A stretch of DNA of 64,000 bases, taken from the NCBI GenBank assembly GCA_965277405.1, contig OZ255726.1, positions 160,001 through 224,000 of the forward strand. The letters are read 5' to 3'. The DNA is from Gammaproteobacteria bacterium. GTDB lineage: Bacteria; Pseudomonadota; Gammaproteobacteria; G965277405. Shown piece by piece: positions 28,355 through 39,005 of the stretch (its first letter is position 1; every line of letters begins with the position of its first letter). Under the pieces are notes generated by a model, which worked only from the letters and a program-made list of their open reading frames with translations, did not search any database and was not told the origin of the DNA. The position numbers were made by a program, and so were the translations under genes.

Positions 28355-29002
28355 TTATTCACGTACAGATACGGCGAACAACCGGCTGCGAGTTGATATA
28401 ATACGCATGATTGTTGTTAACCAACATAAACTCCCGTATCCCAATGTCAACCATACAATATATTTGGGGAAAAGGCACATTGCACCGAGCACGAGAATAG
28501 TTTCAAACCCTTCAGTTGGACCGTTGGTTATATATGCGATACTTTTGTCCTCGCTACCAACAACATCTATCTTGTTCTGCGCAGCAATAATGGAAAAAGC
28601 CAAAAATGTTGTCCCCGTACCAACAAATGAAACGACCATGTATACGATGGCAATCACTGTGACGCTATCAACAAGCGTGTTGCTCAACTCCCCGACCGCA
28701 AAGCTGGCTGCAAAAGCCGCATACCAAATAAAATCGAGGACAATATCAAGAAATCCACCCCAATCGCTTTGTTGTTGATGTGTCCTTGCATAGCTGCCAT
28801 CAAGCCCATCGAATATTCTATTGAGTAACAAACATCCTAAACCGACAAGATACCAATGTAGAATAATTGCCGTACACCCAACCGTCCCAATGCTAAAGCC
28901 GACAACAGTTATATGATTTGCATGCAGCCACGGTCGATATGCTCGTTTACTCACGGCATCAAGCCATGGGTCAATTGTGTTGCGAATAGCGGTATCTATC
29001 AT
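28355..29002 (-). CDS. CDP-alcohol phosphatidyltransferase family protein (YnjF-like)
   Basis: ANHIT, NRIFDGLDGSYAR...GGFLDIVLD signature, TEGFET. Confidence 0.88.
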   Translation of the reverse strand: MIDTAIRNTIDPWLDAVSKRAYRPWLHANHITVVGFSIGTVGCTAIILHWYLVGLGCLLLNRIFDGLDGSYARTHQQQSDWGGFLDIVLDFIWYAAFAASFAVGELSNTLVDSVTVIAIVYMVVSFVGTGTTFLAFSIIAAQNKIDVVGSEDKSIAYITNGPTEGFETILVLGAMCLFPKYIVWLTLGYGSLCWLTTIMRIISTRSRLFAVSVRE

Positions 29003-29246
29003 TTGTTTCACCTGCTGACTATTACGTTTTCGCCTGATGCTGGTTGTCTGGTGGTATTGCATTGGTTTTCTCAAAGCAACCCTTAACAGTTATGGCGATC
29101 AGTGTCTTGATGGCTATTTTGGACTAACCGCGCCGCAAATTACCATAGCGAAATACCATAGCGAAAAAACTCATTCAAGAATACATCGATACCAGCAATC
29201 GTCCACAAACATTTAGCAACCTTGCATCTTGGTTGCAGCAAATTAT

Positions 29247-29272
29247 GGAAGTTCTGATGTAAGTCCATGATG
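29247..29272 (+). mobile_element. MITE-A left-end remnant
   Basis: TTAT|GGAAGTTCTGATGTAAGTCCATGATG. Confidence 0.6.
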
Positions 29273-29508
29273 AATCGGTTGTAATAGCAGTGATTTTGTA
29301 ATACATTCAGGTATTAATGAGTGGTCAACGTCGACATGCTGACGTCGGCCATAAATGCCGCAACAGGAAAACGCCGCAACAGGCATGGGACGATACAACT
29401 CGTAAAGATGGTGTCAACAACCCTGCATATCACGCATAATGACGGAATTGATCGAACGTCTGGCGAGATGAATTAAGCATTATAAAACATTAAACTCAGG
29501 AGGAAGTA

Positions 29509-30681
29509 ATGCCGATTATTAACCGTTTTGCCGAATTACATGACGAAATAACAGGCTGGAGACGCAAGATCCACTCGAACCCTGAACTCCTGTTTGATGT
29601 TGAACAAACCGCAGAATTTGTTACCAGCAAACTACATGAATTCGGTGTTGATGAGGTGGTGACGGGTATTGGGCGTACTGGGGTTGTTGGCATTATCAAA
29701 GGCAATGATACAGCCTCAGGTAAAGTGATCGGTTTACGTGCTGACATGGATGCGCTGCCAATCCACGAAGAGACTGGCTTGGATTATGCCTCTAAAGTTG
29801 ATGGCAAGATGCATGCCTGTGGGCACGACGGTCACACAGCCATGCTGTTAGGGGCAGCAAAATATCTGTCTGAAACCAGAAATTTCGATGGTTCTGTTGC
29901 AGTCATCTTCCAACCTGCTGAAGAAGGCGGTGGCGGTGGTCAAGAGATGGTCGAGGATGGCATGATGGATCGTTTTGATATTTTGGAAGTTTATGGCCTA
30001 CACAATTGGCCGGGTGTTGCTGTTGGAAACTTTGGCACACGTCCAGGTGCTTTAATGGCTGCAACGGATATCTTTACTATTGATATTCAAGGTTCAGGCG
30101 GTCATGCGGCAAAACCACATGAAACCGTTGATCCAATTGTTATCGCCAGCCATATTATTCTGGCTCTGCAATCAGTAGCTGCGCGTAATGTTGACCCCAT
30201 TCAATCCGTAGTTGTATCCGTAACGACTTGTAATGCTGGCACGGCTTTTAACATAATCCCTGATACAGTTTCTTTGAACGGTACCGTGCGGACGTTGGAC
30301 GCAGGGGTGCGTAATCTTACGCAAAAACGTATCGAGGAAGTTGTTGAGTATACGGCTAAAGCACACGGCGCGAGCGCGGTTCTGGACTATAAACGGCATT
30401 ATCCCGTAGTGATCAACCATGAGAAAGAAACATTCTTTGCTGCAGATATTGCGGCTAGGATTTCAGGTGAAGATCGTGTTGATACCAACGCTAATCCAAC
30501 AATGGGTGGTGAGGATTTTGCTTTTATGTTGAACGCGCGTCCGGGGTCGTTCGTCTTCTTGGGGAATGGTAGCACTGCACCGTTACACCATCCAAAATAC
30601 AACTTTAACGACGAAATAATTCCCGTTGGTTGTTCGTATTGGGCTAAGCTGGTTGAAACGGCGATGCCTGCTAATCGCTAA
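29509..30681 (+). CDS. M20D amidohydrolase (hippurate hydrolase-like)
   Basis: RADMDALPI, MHACGHDGHT, FQPAEEG, GGHAAKPH, MGGEDF, LHHPKYNFND. Confidence 0.92.
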   Translation: MPIINRFAELHDEITGWRRKIHSNPELLFDVEQTAEFVTSKLHEFGVDEVVTGIGRTGVVGIIKGNDTASGKVIGLRADMDALPIHEETGLDYASKVDGKMHACGHDGHTAMLLGAAKYLSETRNFDGSVAVIFQPAEEGGGGGQEMVEDGMMDRFDILEVYGLHNWPGVAVGNFGTRPGALMAATDIFTIDIQGSGGHAAKPHETVDPIVIASHIILALQSVAARNVDPIQSVVVSVTTCNAGTAFNIIPDTVSLNGTVRTLDAGVRNLTQKRIEEVVEYTAKAHGASAVLDYKRHYPVVINHEKETFFAADIAARISGEDRVDTNANPTMGGEDFAFMLNARPGSFVFLGNGSTAPLHHPKYNFNDEIIPVGCSYWAKLVETAMPANR

Positions 30682-30736
30682 TAATGCAACAGAAAAGAGA
30701 TAAAATAACCGGCGTCATTATGTTTATGGCGGCAAA

Positions 30737-30808
30737 CACACGGAGTATAACAATGAAAATCACACGGAGTATAACAATGAAAATCACACGGAGTATAACA
30801 ATGAAAAT
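30737..30808 (+). repeat. 24-bp tandem repeat x3 containing RBS and start codon
   Basis: (CACACGGAGTATAACAATGAAAAT)x3. Confidence 0.95.
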
Positions 30809-32396
30809 GAGAAATATTGTTGCAGCAAGTGCATGCGTGCTCGCACTTGGAGCTGGAGTCACGAACGCTGTAACATTCAAATGGTCATTTCAAGGGGACG
30901 TTCAGTCTCTTGATCCGCATGGTTTGAACGAAACCTTTACCCTTGGTTTCCTAGGGAATGTGTATGAAGGTCTAACGTCATATAACAGCGAATTACAAAT
31001 CCAGCCTGGGCTTGCTGTTAGCTGGGAAAACACAGCACCAACAACTTGGATCTTCAAACTTCGTGAAGGTGTGAAGTTCCATGACGGTGGTGATTTCAAC
31101 GCCGATGATGTGATTTTCTCATGGAAACGCACTCTCACCGCTGGTTCTGATATGAAGGGCTACGGTAGCCGCATGAAGAACATCACCAAAATTGATGATT
31201 TCACCATCGAAGTCGAAACCCCGGCGCCAAACCCGATCCTGCCACGCGAACTTGCCTTCTATTATATGATGGACAAAGAATGGTCAGAAAAACATAACTC
31301 AGTTGCAGCAACCAGCCCTAAAGCGGCGGATGCTACCGCTACTTATGCTGCTCAAAATGCCAATGGTACTGGTCCCTTTATACTTGCAGAACGCCAGCCG
31401 GATGTTCGCTCAAAGTTCACTCGTTTTGCTGGATACTGGAAAGACATTCCAACCAACGTAACAGAAGTTTACTTCACCCCGATTTCTCAAGGTGCGACGC
31501 GTGTCGCAGCTTTGATTTCGGGCGAACTGGATATGGTTTATCCTGTTCCTGTACAGGATTGGCAGCGTCTGGAAAGCGCCGCAGGTGTTAAACCTCTAAC
31601 TGGTCCCGAAGCGCGTACTATTTTTCTTGGTATGGATCAGTGGCGTGATGAACTTCTGTATTCCAACATCAAAGGTAAGAACCCGTTTAAAGATCAACGC
31701 GTGCGTGCCGCGATGGCTCATGCTATTGACTTAAACGCTATTAATAAAAAAATCATGCGCGGTGCAGCTGTACCTGCAGGACTGCTTATTGCTCCGCAAA
31801 TCAACGGTTTTGATGCTGACCTAAATAATCCTTATAGCTATGAACCTGAGAAATCAAAGCAACTTCTAAGCGCAGCTGGTTATCCAGCAGGTTTTGAACT
31901 TGGCATGGATTGCCCGAACAATCGTTACGTAAATGACGAAAAAATCTGTCAAGCTATTGTTGGCTTCCTGGCACGTGTTGGCATTAAGGTTGATCTGAAC
32001 GCTCAACCAAAATCCAAATATTTCGCCAAAGTTAGCTCTCAAAGCGGCAATGATACTTCTTTCTACCTCTTGGGATGGACACCAAGCTCAATGGACGTTC
32101 ATAACGCTCTTTATAATTTGATGTCTTCATTTGATACCGAAAAGAATACCGGCCAGTTCAACTATGGGCACTACTCTAATCCACGTATTGATGAGATTAC
32201 TGGAAACGTCGAAAAAGAAACTGATCAGACCAAACGTCAAACCATGGTCGCCGAAGCTTTCTCAATCTTGCAGCAAGATGTCGGCTATCTTCCTCTACAT
32301 CAACAGCCTCTGTCTTGGGGTGTTCGTGACGGTGTAACCCTAGGTCAACGTGCAGATAACGTTCTTGACTTACGTTATGTTGTAATTGGCAAATAA
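30801..32396 (+). CDS. Peptide/nickel ABC substrate-binding protein (family 5)
   Basis: Signal peptide, SLDPH, LREGVKFHDG, GTGPF, NPFKDQRVR; alternative in-frame starts at 30753 and 30777. Confidence 0.92.
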   Translation: MKMRNIVAASACVLALGAGVTNAVTFKWSFQGDVQSLDPHGLNETFTLGFLGNVYEGLTSYNSELQIQPGLAVSWENTAPTTWIFKLREGVKFHDGGDFNADDVIFSWKRTLTAGSDMKGYGSRMKNITKIDDFTIEVETPAPNPILPRELAFYYMMDKEWSEKHNSVAATSPKAADATATYAAQNANGTGPFILAERQPDVRSKFTRFAGYWKDIPTNVTEVYFTPISQGATRVAALISGELDMVYPVPVQDWQRLESAAGVKPLTGPEARTIFLGMDQWRDELLYSNIKGKNPFKDQRVRAAMAHAIDLNAINKKIMRGAAVPAGLLIAPQINGFDADLNNPYSYEPEKSKQLLSAAGYPAGFELGMDCPNNRYVNDEKICQAIVGFLARVGIKVDLNAQPKSKYFAKVSSQSGNDTSFYLLGWTPSSMDVHNALYNLMSSFDTEKNTGQFNYGHYSNPRIDEITGNVEKETDQTKRQTMVAEAFSILQQDVGYLPLHQQPLSWGVRDGVTLGQRADNVLDLRYVVIGK

Positions 32397-32415
32397 GTTT
32401 GCTGTAATTGCTACA

Positions 32416-32448
32416 GGGGGCTCTTGCTGTTGAGGTCCCCGTTTTTTT
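32416..32448 (+). terminator. Hairpin + U-tract after SBP gene
   Basis: GGGGGCTC-N8-GAGGTCCCC-GTTTTTTT. Confidence 0.6.
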
Positions 32449-32458
32449 AGGGGTCGAG

Positions 32459-33427
32459 ATGCTCAAGTTTGTGTCGATGCGGCTATTGCAGTCGCTAGTC
32501 GTGATGCTGGTTGTTGGTATGATTGCCTTCGGACTGTTCCGCTTTGTCGGCGATCCAATCAACAATATGGTTGGGCAAGATACGACGCTGGCTGAACGTG
32601 AAGCCCTGACAGAATCACTTGGTTTAAATGATCCTTTCCTTGTGCAATATGGACGCTTTATTGCCAAGGCGGTTCAAGGCGATTTCGGAATGTCTTATCG
32701 ATTGCGTCAACCCGTCAGTGGTCTGATTGCTGAACGGTTTCCTGCAACGCTGGAACTGTCGCTTATCTCTGCTTTTCTGGCTTTGGCGCTGGGTGTTCCC
32801 ATGGGCATCTACACCGCGCTGAAACCAAAATCACTCTTCACCCGAGGGTTTATGATGCTGTCGTTGCTTGGTGTATCCTTGCCAACGTTCCTTATCGGTA
32901 TTCTTCTTATTCTTTTCTTCGGTGTCACCCTCCGCTGGTTGCCCACGTTCGGACGTGGCGAAGTTGTAGATCTAGGCTGGTGGACAACGGGTTTCCTGAC
33001 GGTGAGCGGTCTAAAGTCATTGATCCTTCCCGCAATTACGCTCGCAATCTTTCAAATGACATTGATTGTTCGTCTTGTCCGCGCTGAAATGCTGGAAGTG
33101 CTGCGCACAGACTATATCAAGTTTGCTCATGCACGTGGTTTGAGCCCACGTTTGATTAATTTTTCTATCGCACTGCGTAATACACTGGTTCCTGTAATCA
33201 CCATTATTGGGTTGCAAATTGGTTCGATTATCGCTTTTGCGATTATTACCGAGAGTGTTTTTCAGTGGCCTGGTATGGGTCTGTTGTTCATTCAGGCGGT
33301 ATTTGAAGTCGATATTCCAGTAATGGCTGCATATTTATTGTTGATTGCTTTTGTTTTTGTAGTGATCAATTTGATCGTCGACATCCTCTATTTTGTTATT
33401 GATCCACGTTTGCGGGTACAGAGCTAA
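32459..33427 (+). CDS. Peptide ABC permease (DppB-like)
   Basis: GDFGMS, RFPATLEL, DYIKFAHARGL, ITESVFQWPGMG, IDPRLR. Confidence 0.92.
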   Translation: MLKFVSMRLLQSLVVMLVVGMIAFGLFRFVGDPINNMVGQDTTLAEREALTESLGLNDPFLVQYGRFIAKAVQGDFGMSYRLRQPVSGLIAERFPATLELSLISAFLALALGVPMGIYTALKPKSLFTRGFMMLSLLGVSLPTFLIGILLILFFGVTLRWLPTFGRGEVVDLGWWTTGFLTVSGLKSLILPAITLAIFQMTLIVRLVRAEMLEVLRTDYIKFAHARGLSPRLINFSIALRNTLVPVITIIGLQIGSIIAFAIITESVFQWPGMGLLFIQAVFEVDIPVMAAYLLLIAFVFVVINLIVDILYFVIDPRLRVQS

Positions 33428-33435
33428 TAAGTGGT

Positions 33436-34362
33436 ATGACTAACGAAAGACCATCCTTGCTGACGCGTTTGCGCGCAAGCGATCTATGGTGGAGCTTTAA
33501 AGGGTCTCCAGGGGCAATTACCGCAGCTATTCTGACTTTCCTGATGATTTTCGGGGCCGTATTCGCGAACTTCGTCGCCCCACATAATCCCTTTGATCTC
33601 GCCACGGTAGATCTTTTCGATGCGCTGTTACCACCAGCTTGGGAAGAAGAAGGCAAGGCCTCTTTTCTACTGGGGACAGATGATCAGGGCAGGGATGTTT
33701 TCTCTACCATCCTGTATGGTTCGCGTATTTCATTGATCGTTGGCTTTGCCTCCGTTGGGTTTGCGGCGATGCTTGGGATCGCAGTTGGCCTTGTATCTGG
33801 CTATGCAGGTGGGGTCGTTGATGCTTTGCTGATGCGTATTGCAGATGTACAACTTTCGTTTCCTGCAATCCTTATCGCCTTGCTTATTGATGGTGTCGCC
33901 CGGGGAATTATGCCGCGTGAAACCCATAATCAACTTGCGGTGTATGTTTTGGTCGTTGCGATTGGCCTTAGTTTCTGGGTGCAGTACGCGCGGACGGTTC
34001 GTAGTTCAGTTATGGTTGAGCGTAATAAAGAGTACGTTCAGGCTGGACAGGTCATCGGACTTCCTGATTGGATCATTCTTGTGCGTCACATTTTGCCAAA
34101 CGTTATGGGGCCAGTACTGGTTATTGCGACGATCCAATTGGCGCTGGCTGTGATAACAGAGGCAACTCTCTCCTTTCTCGGGGTTGGCGTGCCGTCGACA
34201 TCACCATCGCTTGGCACCTTGATCCGTATCGGTAATGATTACCTGTTCTCTGGTGAATGGTGGATAACCATCTTCCCAGGTGCTGCGTTAGTTATCCTGG
34301 TACTTTCCGTTAACATTCTGGGTGACTGGCTCCGTGATGCCTTGAACCCAAAATTACGCTAA
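33436..34362 (+). CDS. Peptide ABC permease (DppC-like)
   Basis: LGTDDQGRD, HILPN, EATLSFLGVG, GDWLRDALNPK. Confidence 0.92.
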   Translation: MTNERPSLLTRLRASDLWWSFKGSPGAITAAILTFLMIFGAVFANFVAPHNPFDLATVDLFDALLPPAWEEEGKASFLLGTDDQGRDVFSTILYGSRISLIVGFASVGFAAMLGIAVGLVSGYAGGVVDALLMRIADVQLSFPAILIALLIDGVARGIMPRETHNQLAVYVLVVAIGLSFWVQYARTVRSSVMVERNKEYVQAGQVIGLPDWIILVRHILPNVMGPVLVIATIQLALAVITEATLSFLGVGVPSTSPSLGTLIRIGNDYLFSGEWWITIFPGAALVILVLSVNILGDWLRDALNPKLR

Positions 34363-34376
34363 AAGAGGATGATGTC

Positions 34377-36107
34377 ATGAGTAAAACATTGCTCGATATC
34401 AAGAATCTTGTTGTTGAGTTTCCCTCGCGACATGGCAACATCATCGCGGTTAAAGATGTTAGCCTGTCTGTCGCCAGTGGTGAAATTCTTGGCGTCGTTG
34501 GTGAGTCCAGCGCGGGCAAATCGACCATTGGCAACGCGGTTATGGGGATTTTAGAACACCCAGGTCGTGTTACGGGCGGAGAAGTTTTTCTCGAAGAAGA
34601 AAAAATCAGTGGTAAATCGCAGGTCGAAATGCGTAAAATACGCGGTAAACGTATTGGGATGATCTTTCAAGATCCACTGACCTCACTTAATCCTTTGCAG
34701 ACCATCGGCAAGCAATTGATGGCGACCATCCAGACTCATCTTGGGTTATCGAATGCTGATGCACGGCAGCGGACAATTTCCCTGCTTGATCAAGTGGGGA
34801 TACCTAATCCGTTGGCACGTGTGGATCACTATCCACATCAATTCTCGGGCGGGATGCGCCAACGCGTGGTTATTGCTTTGGCGTTGTGTGCCGGACCGCA
34901 TGTCATTCTTGCTGATGAGCCAACAACTGCGCTTGATGTTTCTATTCAGGCGCAGATTCTGGAACTTCTTAAAAAGTTGGTCGAGGAAAAGGGTGTTGGT
35001 ATGATCATCATTACCCATGATATGGGGGTGATTGCCGCAGTTGCTGATCGGATTGCCGTTATGTATCGAGGTGCTGTGGTCGAGACTGGCCCGACCGCTA
35101 AAATTCTGGGCGACCCTGACCATCCATACTCCCGAATCCTGATATCTGCAGTGCCGCGTCCTGATATGCGTCTGCACCGTTTTCCAATGGTCGAAAGTAT
35201 TGAGGCCGCAGGTGAGCGCAACAATTTGGATCTATCGACCCATTGGCTGGGTAAAGCGCGTGACTTTGGTAGCACCGACGGACCTTTGCTCAAAGTCGCT
35301 AACCTAGAGATGGTTTTTAAGTCAGGTGGCATATTTGGTAGTGGCAACAGCATCGTGCGTGCAGTCGATGATGTCAGCTTTGATATACGCGAAGGCGAAT
35401 GTTTTGGTATCGTTGGCGAGTCAGGTTCTGGTAAGTCGACCATCGCTCGTTTGCTAACCTCAATCTATAAAGCAGCTGGAGGCTCGATTAACTTTGCGGG
35501 GACTGACCTTACTAAGGTCAAAAAACGTAAAGAGCTGAATGTCCATCGTCGCCAGATGCAGATGATTTTTCAAGATCCTTTCTCGTCAGTCAACCCACGT
35601 ATGAAGGTCCGCGATATCATCGCAGAGCCAATCCGTTTTCATAAGTTGGCGAGTTCTGCAGCTGAAACGCTGGAAATCGTGGCTGACCTACTCGACCACG
35701 TAGGACTTGGTGCAACAGCTGCGGTAAAATATCCGCACGAATTCTCTGGTGGTCAGCGTCAGCGTATTTCAATTGCCCGAGCCCTTGCTACACGACCGCG
35801 CTTTCTAATTTGTGATGAACCGACGTCAGCGCTTGATGTATCTATTCAGGCGCAGATCCTGAACCTACTCAAAGATCTGCAGGATGAGCTTGGTCTGACT
35901 ATGATGTTTATCAGTCACGATCTACCAGTTATCCGCCAGATGTGTGATCGTGTCGGGGTGATGTCCAAGGGGAAAATGGTCGAAATAGCCAAGGCCGAAG
36001 AGCTTTTTGTGGCGCCTAAGCACGGCTATAGCAAACATCTTATTAGTTTGATGCCAAGCTACACTGGTCTGATGCATCAACAGCCAGAACCAGCTGCAGC
36101 AAGCTGA
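34377..36107 (+). CDS. Peptide ABC ATP-binding protein with two fused NBDs
   Basis: GESSAGKS / GESGSGKS, two YPH.FSGG signatures, two DEPT.ALDVSIQAQIL. Confidence 0.92.
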   Translation: MSKTLLDIKNLVVEFPSRHGNIIAVKDVSLSVASGEILGVVGESSAGKSTIGNAVMGILEHPGRVTGGEVFLEEEKISGKSQVEMRKIRGKRIGMIFQDPLTSLNPLQTIGKQLMATIQTHLGLSNADARQRTISLLDQVGIPNPLARVDHYPHQFSGGMRQRVVIALALCAGPHVILADEPTTALDVSIQAQILELLKKLVEEKGVGMIIITHDMGVIAAVADRIAVMYRGAVVETGPTAKILGDPDHPYSRILISAVPRPDMRLHRFPMVESIEAAGERNNLDLSTHWLGKARDFGSTDGPLLKVANLEMVFKSGGIFGSGNSIVRAVDDVSFDIREGECFGIVGESGSGKSTIARLLTSIYKAAGGSINFAGTDLTKVKKRKELNVHRRQMQMIFQDPFSSVNPRMKVRDIIAEPIRFHKLASSAAETLEIVADLLDHVGLGATAAVKYPHEFSGGQRQRISIARALATRPRFLICDEPTSALDVSIQAQILNLLKDLQDELGLTMMFISHDLPVIRQMCDRVGVMSKGKMVEIAKAEELFVAPKHGYSKHLISLMPSYTGLMHQQPEPAAAS

Positions 36108-36146
36108 GGTTTTGTGGTAATAACCAAATAACAAATGGTCCTGCAT

Positions 36147-36199
36147 TCTGTTGAATATAATTTTACTTTGCGGCAATTGCCGGCAAACTCGCACGTTAA
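36147..36199 (+). mobile_element. Internal MITE-A fragment
   Basis: TTCTGTTGAATATA...TTTGCGGCAATTGCCGGCAAACTCGC. Confidence 0.5.
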
Positions 36200-36307
36200 C
36201 TTCGCAACAGCGCAAGTGTTATTTTGTCCCAATGAATTGGCTAACTACCTTGTAATTATTGCAGATTTACCTGAGCGTATGCAGTTTTAGTTCAAATGCT
36301 AAACGGA

Positions 36308-37189
36308 ATGACAGCAACCATAATTGACGGTAAAAAATTAGCGCAACACAAACTGCATAAAATCAGTATGCAAGTACAAGCTTTCAAAAAAAAATACCAC
36401 ACGTCTCCAGGTTTAGCTGTGGTATTGGTGGGTAAAAACCCTGCCAGCAATGTGTACGTACGCAATAAAGAGCGCACTGCAAACGCTTGTGGTATGCGTT
36501 CATTCAGCCATAAGTTTGATGCCAATATTAGTGAAGCAGCTATTGTGGATCTTATCGTAGAACTCAACGCAGACGACAGCGTTGATGGCATATTGGTGCA
36601 GCTACCATTGCCAGCACACATTGCTCCTGCTCGAATTATCAATACCATTAACCCTGCAAAAGATGTTGACGGTTTTCACGTCAACAATACAGGCAAACTC
36701 AGCGCCCAAATTGCAGGCCTTGTCCCTTGCACCCCGTTGGGCTGCCTTGAGCTTATCCAAAGCGTAGCTTGCGATATTGCCGGGCTACACGCTGTGGTGA
36801 TAGGTCGATCAAATATTGTGGGTAGGCCAATGGCGCAATTATTACTCAATGCTTCTGCCACAGTGACCATTGTGCATTCACGAACCATCGATATCCAAAA
36901 GCATTGTCAGCAAGGCGATATTATTGTCGCCGCAGTCGGGATTGCGCACTTTGTTAAAGAAGATTGGCTAAAACCTGGAGTAATAGTCATCGATGTCGGC
37001 ATCAACACAGTTGAAGACGAGCATGGTAGCCACTTGGTTGGCGATGTCGATTACCCAGCAGCAAAACAAGTTGCAGGCGCAATCACCCCAGTTCCAGGGG
37101 GAGTTGGACCAATGACAATTGCGACCTTACTCGCTAATACATTAGCAGCGGCGAATGCCCATAAGGATGCTCAACAAGCTGCGCTGTGA
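36308..37189 (+). CDS. folD: Methylenetetrahydrofolate dehydrogenase/cyclohydrolase
   Basis: IIDGK, YVRNK, GILVQLPLP, KDVDGFH, PCTPLG, GRSNIVGRP, ITPVPGGVGPMT. Confidence 0.96.
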   Translation: MTATIIDGKKLAQHKLHKISMQVQAFKKKYHTSPGLAVVLVGKNPASNVYVRNKERTANACGMRSFSHKFDANISEAAIVDLIVELNADDSVDGILVQLPLPAHIAPARIINTINPAKDVDGFHVNNTGKLSAQIAGLVPCTPLGCLELIQSVACDIAGLHAVVIGRSNIVGRPMAQLLLNASATVTIVHSRTIDIQKHCQQGDIIVAAVGIAHFVKEDWLKPGVIVIDVGINTVEDEHGSHLVGDVDYPAAKQVAGAITPVPGGVGPMTIATLLANTLAAANAHKDAQQAAL

Positions 37190-38088
37190 ATACATTTGCT
37201 GCGACTCACACCCAACGGAATATTGTTAAAGGCGAGTTAGTACTACTTCTTTGCGCAATGATTTGGGGGTTTTCTTTTGTCGTACAACGCGATGCTGCAC
37301 AAGATTTTCCTCCATTTTTATTAACGAGTATTCGTTTTTTCATTGGCACACTCGCCCTGCTCCCTTTTGCTTGGAGGCATTTTCGCGCAACTACACAACA
37401 TACTAGTCAACGCTGTATTGTTACCTGCGGTATCGTGCTCGGCGGCGCTTTAATGCTAGGAAATGGCTTGCAACAATGGGGACTTGCGTATACAACTGTA
37501 GGCAAGTCTGGATTTCTCACCAGCACATATGTAGTCATAACCCCTTTTTTTGGTTATTTTATTGGCTATACCATCAAATCTTCGCATTATACCAGCTGTA
37601 TGGTGGCGTTAGTAGGGATGTATTTGTTGACGATGACCGATACATTTGCTCTCGAATTCGGTGATGCGCTAACATTGCTGTGTGCGGTATTTTGGGCTAT
37701 TCACATTTTAGCTGTTGCATTTTATCTTAAAACCATCCACCCATTCGTATGTGCAGTGCTGCAATGTTGTTGTTGCGCCATACTGTCGCTGATTATTAGC
37801 GTATTAACCGAATTACCCGACTGGAATACTTCATTATTTACGTTTTGGCCCAACATCCTATTTCTTGGTGTTGTCGGCACTGCAATTGCGTATAGCTTGC
37901 AGTTATTTGGTCAGCGCTACGCACTCCCCGTTGCTGCGGTATTAGTGATGAGCCTTGAATCGGTTTTTGCGGCAATCAGTGGTGTATATATTCTAGATGA
38001 AGTATTAACGTCGAATATGTTAATCGGCGCAGGGCTGATGTTCGCAGCCAACATCATCGCCCAAGTTGCCTCAACCCGTTCAAAATAG
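37186..38088 (+). CDS. DMT/EamA family transporter
   Basis: IWGFSFV, QQWGL.YTT.GKSGFLTS, MSLESVFAA; ten TM. Confidence 0.88.
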   Translation: MNTFAATHTQRNIVKGELVLLLCAMIWGFSFVVQRDAAQDFPPFLLTSIRFFIGTLALLPFAWRHFRATTQHTSQRCIVTCGIVLGGALMLGNGLQQWGLAYTTVGKSGFLTSTYVVITPFFGYFIGYTIKSSHYTSCMVALVGMYLLTMTDTFALEFGDALTLLCAVFWAIHILAVAFYLKTIHPFVCAVLQCCCCAILSLIISVLTELPDWNTSLFTFWPNILFLGVVGTAIAYSLQLFGQRYALPVAAVLVMSLESVFAAISGVYILDEVLTSNMLIGAGLMFAANIIAQVASTRSK

Positions 38089-38189
38089 CAATAGCAGATT
38101 ATTGCAATCCACCGCTAGTTAAAATTATTACGCATAATGCCAACACAACTATTTGAATTACGCAATACGTCGCGCTAACGATTGACATC

Positions 38190-38354
38190 CACCCATCATA
38201 TATTCAGTAGATGGACGGGAAAAAAGCGGTACTGCGTCATTGCAGCACTTGGTAATACCGACAAGTCCCCACCAGTGTTAGCTGCGCACTGCGTTTAAGT
38301 TTAATCGAGCGATTTAGCTCCGTCTCGCCCATCATGGACTTAATCAGAGCTTCC
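38190..38354 (-). mobile_element. MITE-A left half overlapping coaE stop
   Basis: Ends CCCATCATGGACTTAATCAGAGCTTCC|TTAG. Confidence 0.85.
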
Positions 38355-38961
38355 TTAGATATACGGTGTGCAAGTTTTCCATCTGCGCAGTAAACTGTTG
38401 CATCGACTTCGTATTGACAATCACATCATCAGCGCGTTGTATCCGTTGCTGTCGTGGCAACTGCGCTTGAATGACCGTTTCCACAAATGAGCGTTCATTG
38501 TCTCGGGCAATGGCTCGTTGTCGTTGGATTGCTACTTGCGTATCTATAACCAGGGTACGGTCACATAATTGATGCAGCCCAGCTTCAAATAACAAAGGCG
38601 CAACAACTGCAATATACAGTTGGCATGGTTTGACTATTTCTTGCTGTATATATGCCCGTACAGCTGCATGCTGGATATGTGCTAGCATCTTTAACGCGGC
38701 TGGATTTATTGCTGCACATTTGCGCAAATATGCTCTATTTAACGACCCATCTGGGTGTTGGGCTACTGCGCCAAAATAGGCAATGATTTTTTTCCATACT
38801 GGGGTATTGACTGCGGTTATTATGCGGGAAACATCATCAGCATCGATGATGACCACACCATGAGCATCAAGAATTTTTGCAGCTGTTGATTTGCCGCTAG
38901 CAATACCACCCGTGATCCCAACAATCCAATTTTTGCCAGTATTAGGTGTTGGTTGCCGCAT
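38344..38961 (-). CDS. coaE: Dephospho-CoA kinase
   Basis: VGITGGIASGKST, IIDAD, PLLFEAG, ADDVIVN; stop inside MITE TIR. Confidence 0.92.
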   Translation of the reverse strand: MRQPTPNTGKNWIVGITGGIASGKSTAAKILDAHGVVIIDADDVSRIITAVNTPVWKKIIAYFGAVAQHPDGSLNRAYLRKCAAINPAALKMLAHIQHAAVRAYIQQEIVKPCQLYIAVVAPLLFEAGLHQLCDRTLVIDTQVAIQRQRAIARDNERSFVETVIQAQLPRQQRIQRADDVIVNTKSMQQFTAQMENLHTVYLRKL

Positions 38962-39005
38962 CTTCAGACTTACTTGCGGAGCAACTGCAACGTAGCAGCC
39001 ATGGA

